Source: Candidatus Scalinduaceae bacterium
GTDB taxonomy: Bacteria > Planctomycetota > Brocadiia > Brocadiales > Scalinduaceae
Direction of reading: 5' to 3'
DNA length: 34,776 nt
Assembly (NCBI GenBank): GCA_046759445.1
Contig: JBHICG010000033.1
Span: 1 to 34,776 of the forward strand
In this document: positions 1 through 9,430 of the stretch, piece after piece
Position numbering within the stretch: position 1 is the first letter of the stretch
Layout of the letters: each line of letters opens with the position of its first letter
The notes under the pieces: generated by a model
Database searches by the model: none
The model's input: the letters and a program-made list of their open reading frames with translations, nothing else
Told to the model about the DNA's origin: nothing
Made by a program: the position numbers and the translations under genes

Positions 1-1
1 A

Positions 2-667
2 GTAGATGTTATATTAGATAAAGCGGGTCAAAAGGGAACGGGTAAATGGATGAGTACAAACGCCCTGGATTTAGGAGCAGCTATCCCCACAATTACGGCT
101 GCCGTTGATGGAAGAACCCTATCCTCACAAAAAGATGAACGCATGCGTGCAGCGAACATTTTATCTGGTCCAACGAAAAAATACAATGGTAATTCCTCAC
201 AAGAGTTGATAGATGCAGTGAGAGATGCGCTTTATGCGTCCAAGATTTGTTCCTATGCTCAGGGCATAAGTTTACTTAAAAAGGCCTCTGAGGAATACAA
301 GTATAATTTGGACTTAGGGGCAATCGCAAAGATCTGGCGGGCAGGATGCATCATTAGGGCCAGACTCCTTAATGACATAACAAATGCCTATGTCCGAGAC
401 ATGGATCTGCCTAACCTGCTTGTTAATGAAGAGTTCCAAAAAGCCGTAAATAGCCGCCAGGAAGCATGGCGGTTGGTCATCCAACGTGCCATAGGATCAG
501 GCATTCCCATGCCGGCGATGAGTGCTTCACTGGCTTATTATGATGCCTACCGCAGCGAGTGTCTGCCTGCTAACCTAATTCAAGCACAAAGAGATTTCTT
601 TGGCGCCCATACCTTTGAGCGCATTGATAAACCCGGTATTTTCCATGCTGATTGGGAGGAGGAATAA
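2..667 (+). CDS. gnd: 6-phosphogluconate dehydrogenase (NADP+, decarboxylating), C-terminal part; the gene starts upstream of the window
   Basis: Frame is open from base 2 (VDVILDKAGQKGTGKWM...). It contains the 6PGD motifs QKGTGKW, IWRAGCIIRA and LPANLIQAQRDFFGAHTFER, and lies next to zwf. Confidence 0.96.
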   Translation, partial: VDVILDKAGQKGTGKWMSTNALDLGAAIPTITAAVDGRTLSSQKDERMRAANILSGPTKKYNGNSSQELIDAVRDALYASKICSYAQGISLLKKASEEYKYNLDLGAIAKIWRAGCIIRARLLNDITNAYVRDMDLPNLLVNEEFQKAVNSRQEAWRLVIQRAIGSGIPMPAMSASLAYYDAYRSECLPANLIQAQRDFFGAHTFERIDKPGIFHADWEEE

Positions 668-725
668 ATTCAAAACATGATAAAAATAAAACATAAACCT
701 TTATTTACTGAACAAGGGGTGAGAA

Positions 726-2255
726 ATGAAAAAACCTGACCCAGTTACCATCGTTATTTTTGGTGCGTCTGGAGATTTAACCAAGCGTAAATTAATACCG
801 GCTTTGTTTCAGCTAGCTCAGAAAGATTTACTATCAAAACAAACTTTGATTGTTGGATTTTCACGAAAAGAAAAATCTAACGATCAGTTTCGCGCTGAAA
901 TGGAAAAAGCTTTAGTGGAATTTGCTCAATCTAAACCTAAGACTGGACAGAAGGAGTTACATGAATTTACCTCTATATTATACTATCACACCGGAAAATA
1001 CGATGATAGTAAAAGCTTCAAAGATTTGAAAACATCACTAGATAGGCTTGATGAAGATAGTGGGATACCTTCCGGCAAAGGCAACCGTCTATTTTACCTG
1101 TCCACGCCTCCCAATATTTTCTCCGAAATCCTTACCATGCTTGGACAAACTGACCATATTGTAGAACCAGACAATAAAAAACGTTGGACACGAGTTATTA
1201 TCGAAAAACCGTTCGGACGAGATCTTGAATCCGCCTGTACGTTAAATAAAAACATCTTATCCATATTTAACGAAAGCCAGGTATATCGCATTGACCATTA
1301 TCTCGGTAAAGAAACCGTGCAAAATATCATGGCCTTTCGCTTTGGTAACAGCATATTCGAACCACTTTGGGACCGTCGCTATGTGAGTCATGTTAATATC
1401 ACCGTAGCAGAAGCCGTGAGTGTGGATAATCGTGGAGGTTATTATGATAATTCCGGCGCACTCCGCGATATGGTTCAAAATCACATGTTGCAACTATTGG
1501 CCCTGGTTGCAATGGAACCGCCTGCCTCTTTTGCGCCCAATGCTGTTAGAGACGAAAAAGTAAAGGTGCTAAGCGCTATTCCTCCTATTGGGTTGGATGA
1601 AGTAAGCCAGTGTACAGTACGTGGACAGTATGCGGCTGGAACTATAAATGGGAAATCAATTCCGGATTACCTAAGAGAACCTGGTGTAAACGCCAACTCA
1701 ATGACTGAAACATTTGTTGCACTGAGGTTGTGTGTGGACAATTGGCGTTGGGCTGGCGTGCCGTTTTATCTTCGCACGGGAAAAGCTTTGTCCAAGCGTC
1801 TTACTGAAATAAATATTGAATTTCGGCAGCCACCCCTCGCTCTCTTTAGCCATGCTGAACAGGACGGACATAAAGAAGGAGACCGCATGCAACCAAACAC
1901 GCTCTCTTTACGTGTTCAACCAAATGAGGGCATCCGTTTGTCAGTCGGTTTGAAAGTTCCCGGACCAAAAATGATTTTACAGCCTACAGATATGGAATTT
2001 TGTTACAGTAATGTTTTTGACGTCGAACCACCAAAAGCATACGAGCGTTTGATTTTAGACGCCATATTAGGCGATAGCACTCTCTTTATTCGACAGGATG
2101 AGGTTGAGGCTGCATGGACATTGATAGATGGTGTGCTTGATGGATGGGCAGATGAAAAGGCACCCCGTATTCACCTTTATCGAGCTGGTACCTGGGGGCC
2201 ATATGCCGCTGATGAGTTTATTTCTAAAGATTTAAGACGATGGACAGCATTCTAG
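726..2255 (+). CDS. zwf: Glucose-6-phosphate 1-dehydrogenase
   Basis: GASGDLTKRKL NADP-binding motif, EKPFG, active-site RIDHYLGKE, DMVQNH and RWAGVPFYLRTGK. Confidence 0.97.
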   Translation: MKKPDPVTIVIFGASGDLTKRKLIPALFQLAQKDLLSKQTLIVGFSRKEKSNDQFRAEMEKALVEFAQSKPKTGQKELHEFTSILYYHTGKYDDSKSFKDLKTSLDRLDEDSGIPSGKGNRLFYLSTPPNIFSEILTMLGQTDHIVEPDNKKRWTRVIIEKPFGRDLESACTLNKNILSIFNESQVYRIDHYLGKETVQNIMAFRFGNSIFEPLWDRRYVSHVNITVAEAVSVDNRGGYYDNSGALRDMVQNHMLQLLALVAMEPPASFAPNAVRDEKVKVLSAIPPIGLDEVSQCTVRGQYAAGTINGKSIPDYLREPGVNANSMTETFVALRLCVDNWRWAGVPFYLRTGKALSKRLTEINIEFRQPPLALFSHAEQDGHKEGDRMQPNTLSLRVQPNEGIRLSVGLKVPGPKMILQPTDMEFCYSNVFDVEPPKAYERLILDAILGDSTLFIRQDEVEAAWTLIDGVLDGWADEKAPRIHLYRAGTWGPYAADEFISKDLRRWTAF

Positions 2256-2418
2256 TTGAAACGAATTTCATTCTTATAAAAACAGTGTATTATTTTTGAA
2301 TCGTCACCCTTACATTGAGTGATACCTCCCTTAGCTATTCAATTGCAGCAGGTAGCACTCTAAAATATTAAACAACCTAAGGTATATTTACAAATTTTTA
2401 GCGGAAGAAATACGCAGT

Positions 2419-2965
2419 TTAATCATTAACATAATCTATATCGGAATGGTATTTTCTTTTAAGCAGTTTACCCCAATAGGCATTATAAGGATAAACCTTC
2501 TGAACAGTTGTGTGACCCTGAATGAGCGGTTTCCCCTCATTAGCCCATTTAAATATCGACCCTTCCAGGTTGTACACTCTGGTGAACCCCATGCCTTGCA
2601 GCTTCCTAACCAGAATGGAAGAACGATATCCCACAGAACAATAAACAACGATATAGTTGTCCGGGTTGATGTCTGCTAAAAATTCTAAAGTATCTTTATT
2701 ATGAGGTATATTAAGGGCCCCTGAAAGATGGCTTACCTGAAACTCTTTTTTTTTCTCGAGCGTCTACCAGCATAACAGACTCGTGTTTAGAATCTGTCAT
2801 CCATAAATACAATTCGTCAGTCTGGAGGTACTTTACATCAGAAAAAGTAGTGCGAATATTTTTTAACACTTCATCCCAGTTTGGGGTTTCCTTATTGTCA
2901 GAACATCCTACCAGGATTTCTATGACAAATACCAACATGTTTAAGATAAGGGACTTCTTCTTCAT
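2419..2965 (-). pseudogene. Rhodanese-domain (sulfurtransferase-like) putative lipoprotein split by a 1-nt frameshift
   Basis: Removing one base from the T9 run at 2746-2754 (A9 on the coding strand) joins ORF 2711-2983 to ORF 2419-2634. The joined protein reads ...LVDAREKKEFQVSHLSGALNI...IVVYCSVGYRS...GFTRVYNLEGSIFKW, a complete rhodanese fold with a CSVGYR loop. The N-terminus MKKKSLIL...LVGC looks like a signal peptide with lipobox. Confidence 0.85.
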
Positions 2966-3131
2966 TTTATTGAAACAATACAACTAACTGAATAATATTA
3001 TTTTGAATCAGGACGTTCCTAAATAAGACAGGAATACTTAATAATATGAATCGTAAGAATAACGCCTTAATCTGCATGTATCTATCTATTTATTATGATG
3101 TTATGAATACTTTATGTTAAAGAATACAGCT

Positions 3132-3148
3132 TTGGCATTGTGCTTGCG
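3132..3148 (+). promoter_or_regulatory. Sigma-54 (-24/-12) type promoter
   Basis: TTGGCATTGTGCTTGCG: GG (3134-3135) and GC (3146-3147) are separated by exactly 10 nt, with TGGCA and TTGC boxes. It lies about 60 nt upstream of an ATG that has a strong RBS. Confidence 0.65.
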
Positions 3149-3209
3149 AATATAAATATCAGAATTTTTTGTGAAAATAATACAAAATTCATTAAAAGGA
3201 GGCAACATC

Positions 3210-3443
3210 ATGGGAAGGGCTATAATATACTATTCTTATATACAGATACTAAATGATAGTAAAATTACACTTTGGTTGGCAGAGTGGGTGAGAACATTCT
3301 TTACAGTTGTTTGCAATCGAATAAAGACAACATTTTTATTAATCAGAGATTGGTGTGAAGACCGCAATTCCCACTATAGCACAGTCAATACACACCATTA
3401 TGGCACAAAGATACTGTTAATAAACGCCTTGCACAATCGTTAA
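3210..3443 (+). CDS. Small hypothetical protein (77 aa)
   Basis: AAAGGAGG RBS followed by ATG at 3210, in frame with track ORF 3171-3443. Preceded by the sigma-54-like motif. No recognisable domain. Confidence 0.5.
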   Translation: MGRAIIYYSYIQILNDSKITLWLAEWVRTFFTVVCNRIKTTFLLIRDWCEDRNSHYSTVNTHHYGTKILLINALHNR

Positions 3444-3599
3444 TCATAATTCCAAAGATGTCAGGCCAAAACTTGATATGGACTTGCCAGAATACTTTTC
3501 GAGTTAATCAACATCAACACAATGTCTTTTTATTCATTCAACTTCTTACTATTCATCCCGGTATTATGTTCATTCTTCTTTGTATCAAATTAAAATGGA

Positions 3600-4310
3600 T
3601 TATTTCATTCTCTTATATGTCGTAGCTGCTCCATCTGGTTCGTCCGTTAACGTAATCTCATTTTCAGAAATGTAAATCTTAAAGGACATTGGCTTTAATA
3701 ACTTACCATAAAATCCTTTCCCAAAATTCACTTTCAAGCGATTATTGTCAACAAACTTATAATAACCCCTTACTATTTGATGAGAACCTGCTTCATTACC
3801 AATCAATATGGTTCCATCATCAAAAAATTCAAGAGATTCTGTTTCCTTAAGATTCATCCACTTGCCAATCACATTTTTCTTCAACTCTACAAAAGATTCA
3901 TTTTCTATCTCGTCAGAATTTCCTGTTACTTTATCGGCTGACTTTTCCGTTGTCGTCGTTTCTTTCTCTGCCGAGCTATTTCGAGGCAGCCCCCCATGTC
4001 CCATTAGATTAGACCACCTGCCAATCATACTTTTCTCCAATTCTGCTAGAGATCTTTTTTTTGTCTCGTTATAATTTCCTGTTACTTTATCGGCTGACTT
4101 TTTCCTTGTCGTTTCTTTCTCCACCGGTCTAGTTTGAGGTAAATTATGTCCTGTATTTTGTGTGTCATCTAGTGGGGGTTTTGATTGGAGTTCCGCAACT
4201 GATGGCTCAGGAATATTGGTATTATGCGTTGTTTGACAGCCAGAAGCCGCCAATAACAAGATCAACATATAGGAAAACAAATACAACACAACTCTTTGAT
4301 AGTTATTCAT
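3600..4310 (-). CDS. Hypothetical lipoprotein with an internal 52-aa tandem duplication and a C-terminal beta-rich (lipocalin/DUF5640-like) domain
   Basis: Hydrophobic leader ending LAASGC. The repeat EKETT..KSADKVTGN..E...S..EL.K..IG.W.NL occurs twice. The C-terminus has an IGKW...LEFFDDGT...G.Y.F pattern. GAGGGG RBS upstream. Confidence 0.75.
   Translation of the reverse strand: MNNYQRVVLYLFSYMLILLLAASGCQTTHNTNIPEPSVAELQSKPPLDDTQNTGHNLPQTRPVEKETTRKKSADKVTGNYNETKKRSLAELEKSMIGRWSNLMGHGGLPRNSSAEKETTTTEKSADKVTGNSDEIENESFVELKKNVIGKWMNLKETESLEFFDDGTILIGNEAGSHQIVRGYYKFVDNNRLKVNFGKGFYGKLLKPMSFKIYISENEITLTDEPDGAATTYKRMK
3917..4102. repeat. Intragenic direct repeat with a 156-bp period
   Basis: The 30-mer AATTTCCTGTTACTTTATCGGCTGACTTTT is identical at 3917-3946 and 4073-4102, and similarity extends on both sides. 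Confidence 0.9.
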
Positions 4311-4621
4311 TTATTGGATTCCCCTCGTATTAAATGTAGACTGATTAATTTAAAGCGGCAGCTATATTACTATTTTCAATGGAGACTGTAAAGATATAAA
4401 AAGTAGTTTAAGATGACCTAAGAGAAATTTATCAATGGAAGAAAAAATAAAAATTTGAACTAAATATTATCATTTATTTATGAGAGGGTGGGGACTGCGC
4501 TAACATTTATATAAATTATTCCCTTTCTTGTTCGAATTTTCTTTTCACAGTATATATCAAGTTTTGCTCTATTGAGTTTTTGCAATCTATTCAGGGGATA
4601 TGATAAGCACTTTTTGAATTT

Positions 4622-5413
4622 TTATTGAATCTGTCCTCTTAATTTTGCCCAGAGTATTCCTAAGTATTCATGAAAAGCTATTTCGGATTTTCTTAAAGCA
4701 CTACTGCTTGGGAAAAAAGAAAAAGGAGTTAATTTCATACTTTTTCTAACCAAATGCATGGTAGGAGCTGGTATAGGCTCCATTCCATTGTTCTTAAACA
4801 AAGCCACAGACCGCGGCATGTGAGCGGCTGAAGTAACTAAGACAAATGGATTTTTGTCAATTATTGATTTTATGAAATGAGCTTGATCTCTTGTATCTCT
4901 GGAATCAGATTCAATAATTATATCACTTTTGTCAATTCCGATAGATTTTGCAACATCTGCCATAGCCTCAGCTTCGGTATAAAGCTTACTCCCGCCTCCG
5001 CCCGATAGAACAAGTTTACTACCTGGATACTTTCGATACAAACGAATTCCTTCTATTAGACGCATTAATGTGGAATCACTCAATTGACTTAATATTGGGA
5101 TTGCGGGATCAGGGACGATGCCACCTGCTAGCACAACAATGTATTTCACTGAATTTTGATTTTCGAGCAACTCATTTTCCGCAGAAAAATCAGGTATGCA
5201 TGCATCATATTGATGTTCTAGCGGCGCAAGAAGTGGTTTTGATACTTGATCATAACTTAGTAAAACCAGAAAACATAGGCCAAAAGAAACCATTATCTTA
5301 CCAACCTTTTGCTTCCTTGTGAACAAAATAAGAAATAATCCCAGAAAAGAGATAAGAAGACAGAAAGGTATAGGAAGAAAAAATGGAGCGACTATTTTCT
5401 TAAAAAGAAACAT
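4622..5413 (-). CDS. elyC: Envelope biogenesis factor ElyC / YdcF (DUF218) family protein
   Basis: Two N-terminal TM segments, IVVLAGG, RLIEGIRLY, LVLSGG, EAEAMA, SRDT, LVTSAAHMPRS and HEYLGILW. Confidence 0.85.
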   Translation of the reverse strand: MFLFKKIVAPFFLPIPFCLLISFLGLFLILFTRKQKVGKIMVSFGLCFLVLLSYDQVSKPLLAPLEHQYDACIPDFSAENELLENQNSVKYIVVLAGGIVPDPAIPILSQLSDSTLMRLIEGIRLYRKYPGSKLVLSGGGGSKLYTEAEAMADVAKSIGIDKSDIIIESDSRDTRDQAHFIKSIIDKNPFVLVTSAAHMPRSVALFKNNGMEPIPAPTMHLVRKSMKLTPFSFFPSSSALRKSEIAFHEYLGILWAKLRGQIQ

Positions 5414-5675
5414 ATCTTTTACTTACAATTAATAGCTACTTATTAGTACAGTAAGAAAAGCTGTTGTTAGATTGCTATTTGAGTTGATAATTATTTCAAA
5501 AGTAGATTATTATGTTTTTTACTAACAAACATTGTACTGTGTCAAGACAAAATTAAGTTTTAGCTCTTTGAAATTGTTAAAACAAAATAACACATACCCT
5601 GAATCTTCCTTTGATACTTCTGCAAAATTAAACTAATAACACACTTCAGTCCAAGTACCCATTCCCTTTTTAATA

Positions 5676-5704
5676 TTGAAACATTCATCTAAAAGAACTA
5701 AAAT
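5676..5704 (+). promoter_or_regulatory. Sigma-70-type promoter for the HAD phosphatase gene
   Basis: TTGAAA-17 nt-TAAAAT ending 12 nt before the ATG at 5717. Confidence 0.45.
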
Positions 5705-5716
5705 TCCCACTTATAA

Positions 5717-6541
5717 ATGAATAATGAGAAAATAATCATCTTTACAGATTTAGATGGTACGTTATTAGACCATCGAACTTATTCTTATAGTGAAGCAGAG
5801 GAAGCCCTAAAGCTTGTAAAAGAAAGAAAAGTTCCTCTTATCTTATGTTCCAGTAAGACCAGGGATGAAATAGAAGTTTATCGTAAAAAGCTTTCAAACA
5901 GTGAGCCCTTTATATCAGAAAATGGTGGCGCTATCTTTATCCCTCAACGATACATGGACCTGAAATTTGAATTTGATAAGGTTGAAAATGATTATTTGAT
6001 AATAGAAATGGGTTCTGAATATAAGACGCTTGTTGATGCTCTCGAGAAGATAAAGATTAAGAGCGGCATAAAAATAAAGAGTATTAACGAATTTGATGTA
6101 GATGAAATTATGCGATTAACGGGCCTAAACAAGGAAGAGGCTTTGCTTGCCGTAAAAAGAAAATATTCATTACCTTTTATTATAAATGGTAGAGAGAGTG
6201 AGTTTAAGTGTATTAAAGATGAGATATTGTCAAAAGGGCTCAATTATACTGAAGGTGCAATATTTATACATCTGATGGGCGCAAACGATAAGGGTAAAGC
6301 CGTAAAAATTCTGACAGACATCTTTAAAAGGAATCTTCCAGAGACAAAAATAATCACTGCAGGCATTGGTGATAGCCTTAATGACCTTCCAATGCTGGAG
6401 GTCGTAGATAGGGCATTTCTTGTAAAAAAGGAGTCAGGAAATTACGAGGAACGCATAAAGGTTGAAAACCTTGTATATGCTGATGGGATCGGCCCAGTTG
6501 GTTGGAATAAGGCAGTCTTAAATTTGCTTAATCAAAACTAA
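5717..6541 (+). CDS. gpgP: Glucosyl/mannosyl-3-phosphoglycerate phosphatase (HAD-IIB, MpgP/GpgP family)
   Basis: FTDLDGTLLD (DxD motif I), CSSKT, FISENGGAIF, DKGKAV, GDSLNDLPML and GPVGWN. Directly upstream of a GpgS-type synthase. Confidence 0.85.
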   Translation: MNNEKIIIFTDLDGTLLDHRTYSYSEAEEALKLVKERKVPLILCSSKTRDEIEVYRKKLSNSEPFISENGGAIFIPQRYMDLKFEFDKVENDYLIIEMGSEYKTLVDALEKIKIKSGIKIKSINEFDVDEIMRLTGLNKEEALLAVKRKYSLPFIINGRESEFKCIKDEILSKGLNYTEGAIFIHLMGANDKGKAVKILTDIFKRNLPETKIITAGIGDSLNDLPMLEVVDRAFLVKKESGNYEERIKVENLVYADGIGPVGWNKAVLNLLNQN

Positions 6542-6685
6542 ACTTAGTTCGGTTCTATCACAATTAGTCATCAGTCATTAACAAGATGACTTTATGACGG
6601 CAAAGCAAATTGCATACGACAACTACTAAGTATCAAGTAATTGCAATTTTTTTGTCAAAACCCAAAAAATAAGGAGGTTATAGAC

Positions 6686-7894
6686 ATGGGTGATTTTCAT
6701 CAAACAGGAGAAATAACAACCTTACACAGATTTGGAAATATGGATGTTGCCAAGTTGGAATCCGAAATAAAGAGGCACTCGCGCTTGAGGCCTATTGCTC
6801 TTGTGTTGCCTACTATTTTTTCCGAACTGGAAGGTGATGCGTTGCCGAATATTGTGAATGAATTGAAGGATGTTAAATATCTAAAACAAATAATAGTAAC
6901 TTTGGGTAGATTTAATAAAGAACAGTTCAGGCATGCAAAAAAATTCTTTTCTGTTTTACCCCAGGAAGTAAAGTTAATATGGAATGATGGAAATCGGATG
7001 AAAAAGCTTTATAAACTTCTTGATGATGAAAATGTCTCAGCCGGTGCCGATGGCAAGGGCAGGTCTGCGTGGATGGCTTACGGTTATGTTCTGGCAAGCG
7101 AAGAATCAAAGGTAATCGTATTGCACGACTGTGACGTCTTAACGTATAATAGAGAATTTCTTGCACGATTATGCTATCCAATTGTGAATCAAAATCTGGA
7201 TTTCGAATTCTGCAAGGGATATTACAGTCGCATTACTGATCGTATGCATGGTAGAGTAACCAGATTGTTTGTAACTCCTCTGTTAAGGGCTTTGGGCAGA
7301 ATATTAGGGGATTCAGATTTTCTTAAATACATGGATAGCTTTAGATACATTCTGGCAGGTGAATTTTCCATGTTAGCTGATCTTGCAAGGGTAAATAGGA
7401 TTCCCGGTGATTGGGGATTGGAAGTGGGAGTCCTGGCAGAGGTTTACAGGAATTGTTCTAAAAAAAGGATATGCCAGGTAGATCTGTGTGAAACATACGA
7501 ACACAAACACCAACCACTCTCAGAAGAAGACATTAAAACTGGATTAATGAAGATGAGTATAGACATTACCAAGACCCTTTTTACGATACTGGCAAGTACG
7601 GGAATAATATTCAGTGATGGTTTCTTCAGAACTCTGAGAATTACATATCTAAGAACCGCCCAGGCTTTCATTGAAAAATATCAAAATGATTCGGCCATAA
7701 ACAGGCTGTACTTTGATAGGCATCTGGAGATAAAGGCAATAGAAGCGTTTACTAAAGGACTTGGGATAGCCGGGGATCAGTTCCTTGAGGATCCAAGTGG
7801 TACGCCTCTAATACCGAACTGGAGCAGAATAACCTCAGCAATTCCTGATTTTTTCGAAAAGCTTCTTGATGCAGTTGAGAGTGATAATAAATAA
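6686..7894 (+). CDS. gpgS: Glucosyl-3-phosphoglycerate synthase (GpgS-type GT-A glycosyltransferase)
   Basis: TAAGGAGG RBS before ATG 6686. Motifs MGDFHQ..ITTLH, GKGRSAW, HDCD, KGYYSR...GRVTRLFVTPL, FRY.LAGEF, DWGLEVG and YEHKHQ match this family. Sugar specificity is inferred. Confidence 0.85.
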   Translation: MGDFHQTGEITTLHRFGNMDVAKLESEIKRHSRLRPIALVLPTIFSELEGDALPNIVNELKDVKYLKQIIVTLGRFNKEQFRHAKKFFSVLPQEVKLIWNDGNRMKKLYKLLDDENVSAGADGKGRSAWMAYGYVLASEESKVIVLHDCDVLTYNREFLARLCYPIVNQNLDFEFCKGYYSRITDRMHGRVTRLFVTPLLRALGRILGDSDFLKYMDSFRYILAGEFSMLADLARVNRIPGDWGLEVGVLAEVYRNCSKKRICQVDLCETYEHKHQPLSEEDIKTGLMKMSIDITKTLFTILASTGIIFSDGFFRTLRITYLRTAQAFIEKYQNDSAINRLYFDRHLEIKAIEAFTKGLGIAGDQFLEDPSGTPLIPNWSRITSAIPDFFEKLLDAVESDNK

Positions 7895-8033
7895 ATTAGT
7901 TTACTCCGTGCACTAATTTATGGCATTTTGCTGCACAAAATAAAAATTTATATAAAGAAAATTTGGTTAATTCAGGACAAATAAAGTGTATTCCATAGGA
8001 TTGAAGTCAGACGCAAAATTAAAGACATTAAAG

Positions 8034-8136
8034 TGATAAACAGGATTTGAAAACTGTCTTGCCTGCCTGTTCGTTACTTGATTACGAACGTTGTTGTTCA
8101 GGCAGACAAACAGAGTCAGATTTTATCCTGTTATCA
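8034..8136. repeat. Long nested imperfect inverted repeat (REP-like) upstream of fprA
   Basis: Outer arms TGATAAACAGGAT / ATCCTGTTATCA, middle arms CTGTCTTGCCTGCCTG / CAGGCAGACAAACAG, inner arms GTTCGT / ACGAAC. Confidence 0.7.
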
Positions 8137-8161
8137 TGTCAGAGAAATAAAAGAGTTCAAA

Positions 8162-9364
8162 ATGAATCATATCAGCATAAAAGACAACATATATTGGGTT
8201 GGTGTACTAGACCCTGATATGAGAATATTTGATATAACCTTAAGGACTGATCGAGGAACTACTTACAATTCTTACCTTATTAAGGATGAAAAAACTGTAT
8301 TAATAGATACAGTTAAAGAGCCATTTACTGATGATTTTATAACTAATATTACGTCCCTAGTTGATCCCAAAGACATTGCTTATATCGTGGCCAACCATAC
8401 AGAACCAGATCATTCAGGAGTACTTTTCGAACTTTTAAAACTCGCAATTAATGCAAAGGTTATTGCATCAAAGTCAGGCGGACATTTACTAAAGAACATA
8501 ATAAATAAGCCTTTTGATCTGATAACCATTGAAGAGTATGGGTGTATTAATCTAGGAACTTGCGAGCTCAAATTTGTATCTGCACCGTATTTACATTGGC
8601 CTGATACAATCTTTACTTATTTAGAAAAGGAAAAGATACTTTTTACGTGCGATGCATTTGGTTCACATTTCTGTGACAAAAGAATGTTTGATGACTTAGT
8701 CGGTGATTTTGACTGTTATTTTCAGTATTACTACGACAACATAATGCGTCCTTTTAAACCTTATATCCTGAAAGCTATAGAAAAGATCAAGGGAATGAAT
8801 ATTGATATAATTGCGACGGGGCATGGGCCAATTTTACGCAAAGACCCCTGGAAATATGTTGAAAGCTACTTTAACTGGAGTAAAATTCTAATAGATGCAA
8901 AAAAGAATGTTCTAATCCTGTATGTCAGTATATACGGAAATACTAAAAAGATGGCAGAAGCCATAGCTGAGGGAGTGTCAGAGGAGAATGCATGCGTTAC
9001 ATTGTTCGATATAAATGCTTCAGATTATAAGCTTGTCAGGGATGCTATTGAAAAAGCAGATGGTATACTTATTGGCTCGCCTACGATTGTGGGTGATGCC
9101 CCCAAGCCTGTCTGGGATGTTCTTTCCCTTCTTGCCACGGTTAAATCAAGGATTAGGCTGGGCTCAACTTTTGGCTCTTACGGTTGGAGTGGTGAAGCAA
9201 CGAAAATGATTGAGGACAGACTAAATGGGCTTCACATTAAACTTTACGAAACTGCTTTAAAAATAAAACTGATTCCAGACAATGCAAGTTTACGGGAATG
9301 CCATGAATTTGGGAAGCAATTTGCAATTGCCATGGAACAAAGATCAGGTTCATTAACACATTAG
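8162..9364 (+). CDS. fprA: Flavodiiron protein, class A (metallo-beta-lactamase plus flavodoxin; O2/NO reductase)
   Basis: GTTYNSYLI, di-iron ligands NHTEPDH, LHWPD, TCDAFG and GHG. Flavodoxin motifs YVSIYGNT, GSPT and FGSYGWSGEA. Likely start is ATG 8162, not the track's TTG 8078. Confidence 0.92.
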   Translation: MNHISIKDNIYWVGVLDPDMRIFDITLRTDRGTTYNSYLIKDEKTVLIDTVKEPFTDDFITNITSLVDPKDIAYIVANHTEPDHSGVLFELLKLAINAKVIASKSGGHLLKNIINKPFDLITIEEYGCINLGTCELKFVSAPYLHWPDTIFTYLEKEKILFTCDAFGSHFCDKRMFDDLVGDFDCYFQYYYDNIMRPFKPYILKAIEKIKGMNIDIIATGHGPILRKDPWKYVESYFNWSKILIDAKKNVLILYVSIYGNTKKMAEAIAEGVSEENACVTLFDINASDYKLVRDAIEKADGILIGSPTIVGDAPKPVWDVLSLLATVKSRIRLGSTFGSYGWSGEATKMIEDRLNGLHIKLYETALKIKLIPDNASLRECHEFGKQFAIAMEQRSGSLTH

Positions 9365-9430
9365 GAATATTAGCAAAATAAGTTGTATTGATTATATTCA
9401 ATAAGTTATATTTATTATAAAAACATAGAA

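Noticed and set aside
4495..4570. GCGCTAAC...GTTTTGC, a possible attC remnant
   Set aside because: The ends are poorly complementary and there is no convincing internal stem.
6598..6614. CGGCAAAGCAAATTGCA, a sigma-54-like motif upstream of gpgS
   Set aside because: GG-to-GC spacing is 11 nt.
7921..7935. TGGCATTTTGCTGCA, a sigma-54-like motif upstream of fprA
   Set aside because: GG-to-GC spacing is 9 nt, not the required 10.
8078..8161. N-terminal extension of FprA from TTG 8078
   Set aside because: It runs through the palindromic element and has no RBS. The family-typical N-terminus begins at ATG 8162.
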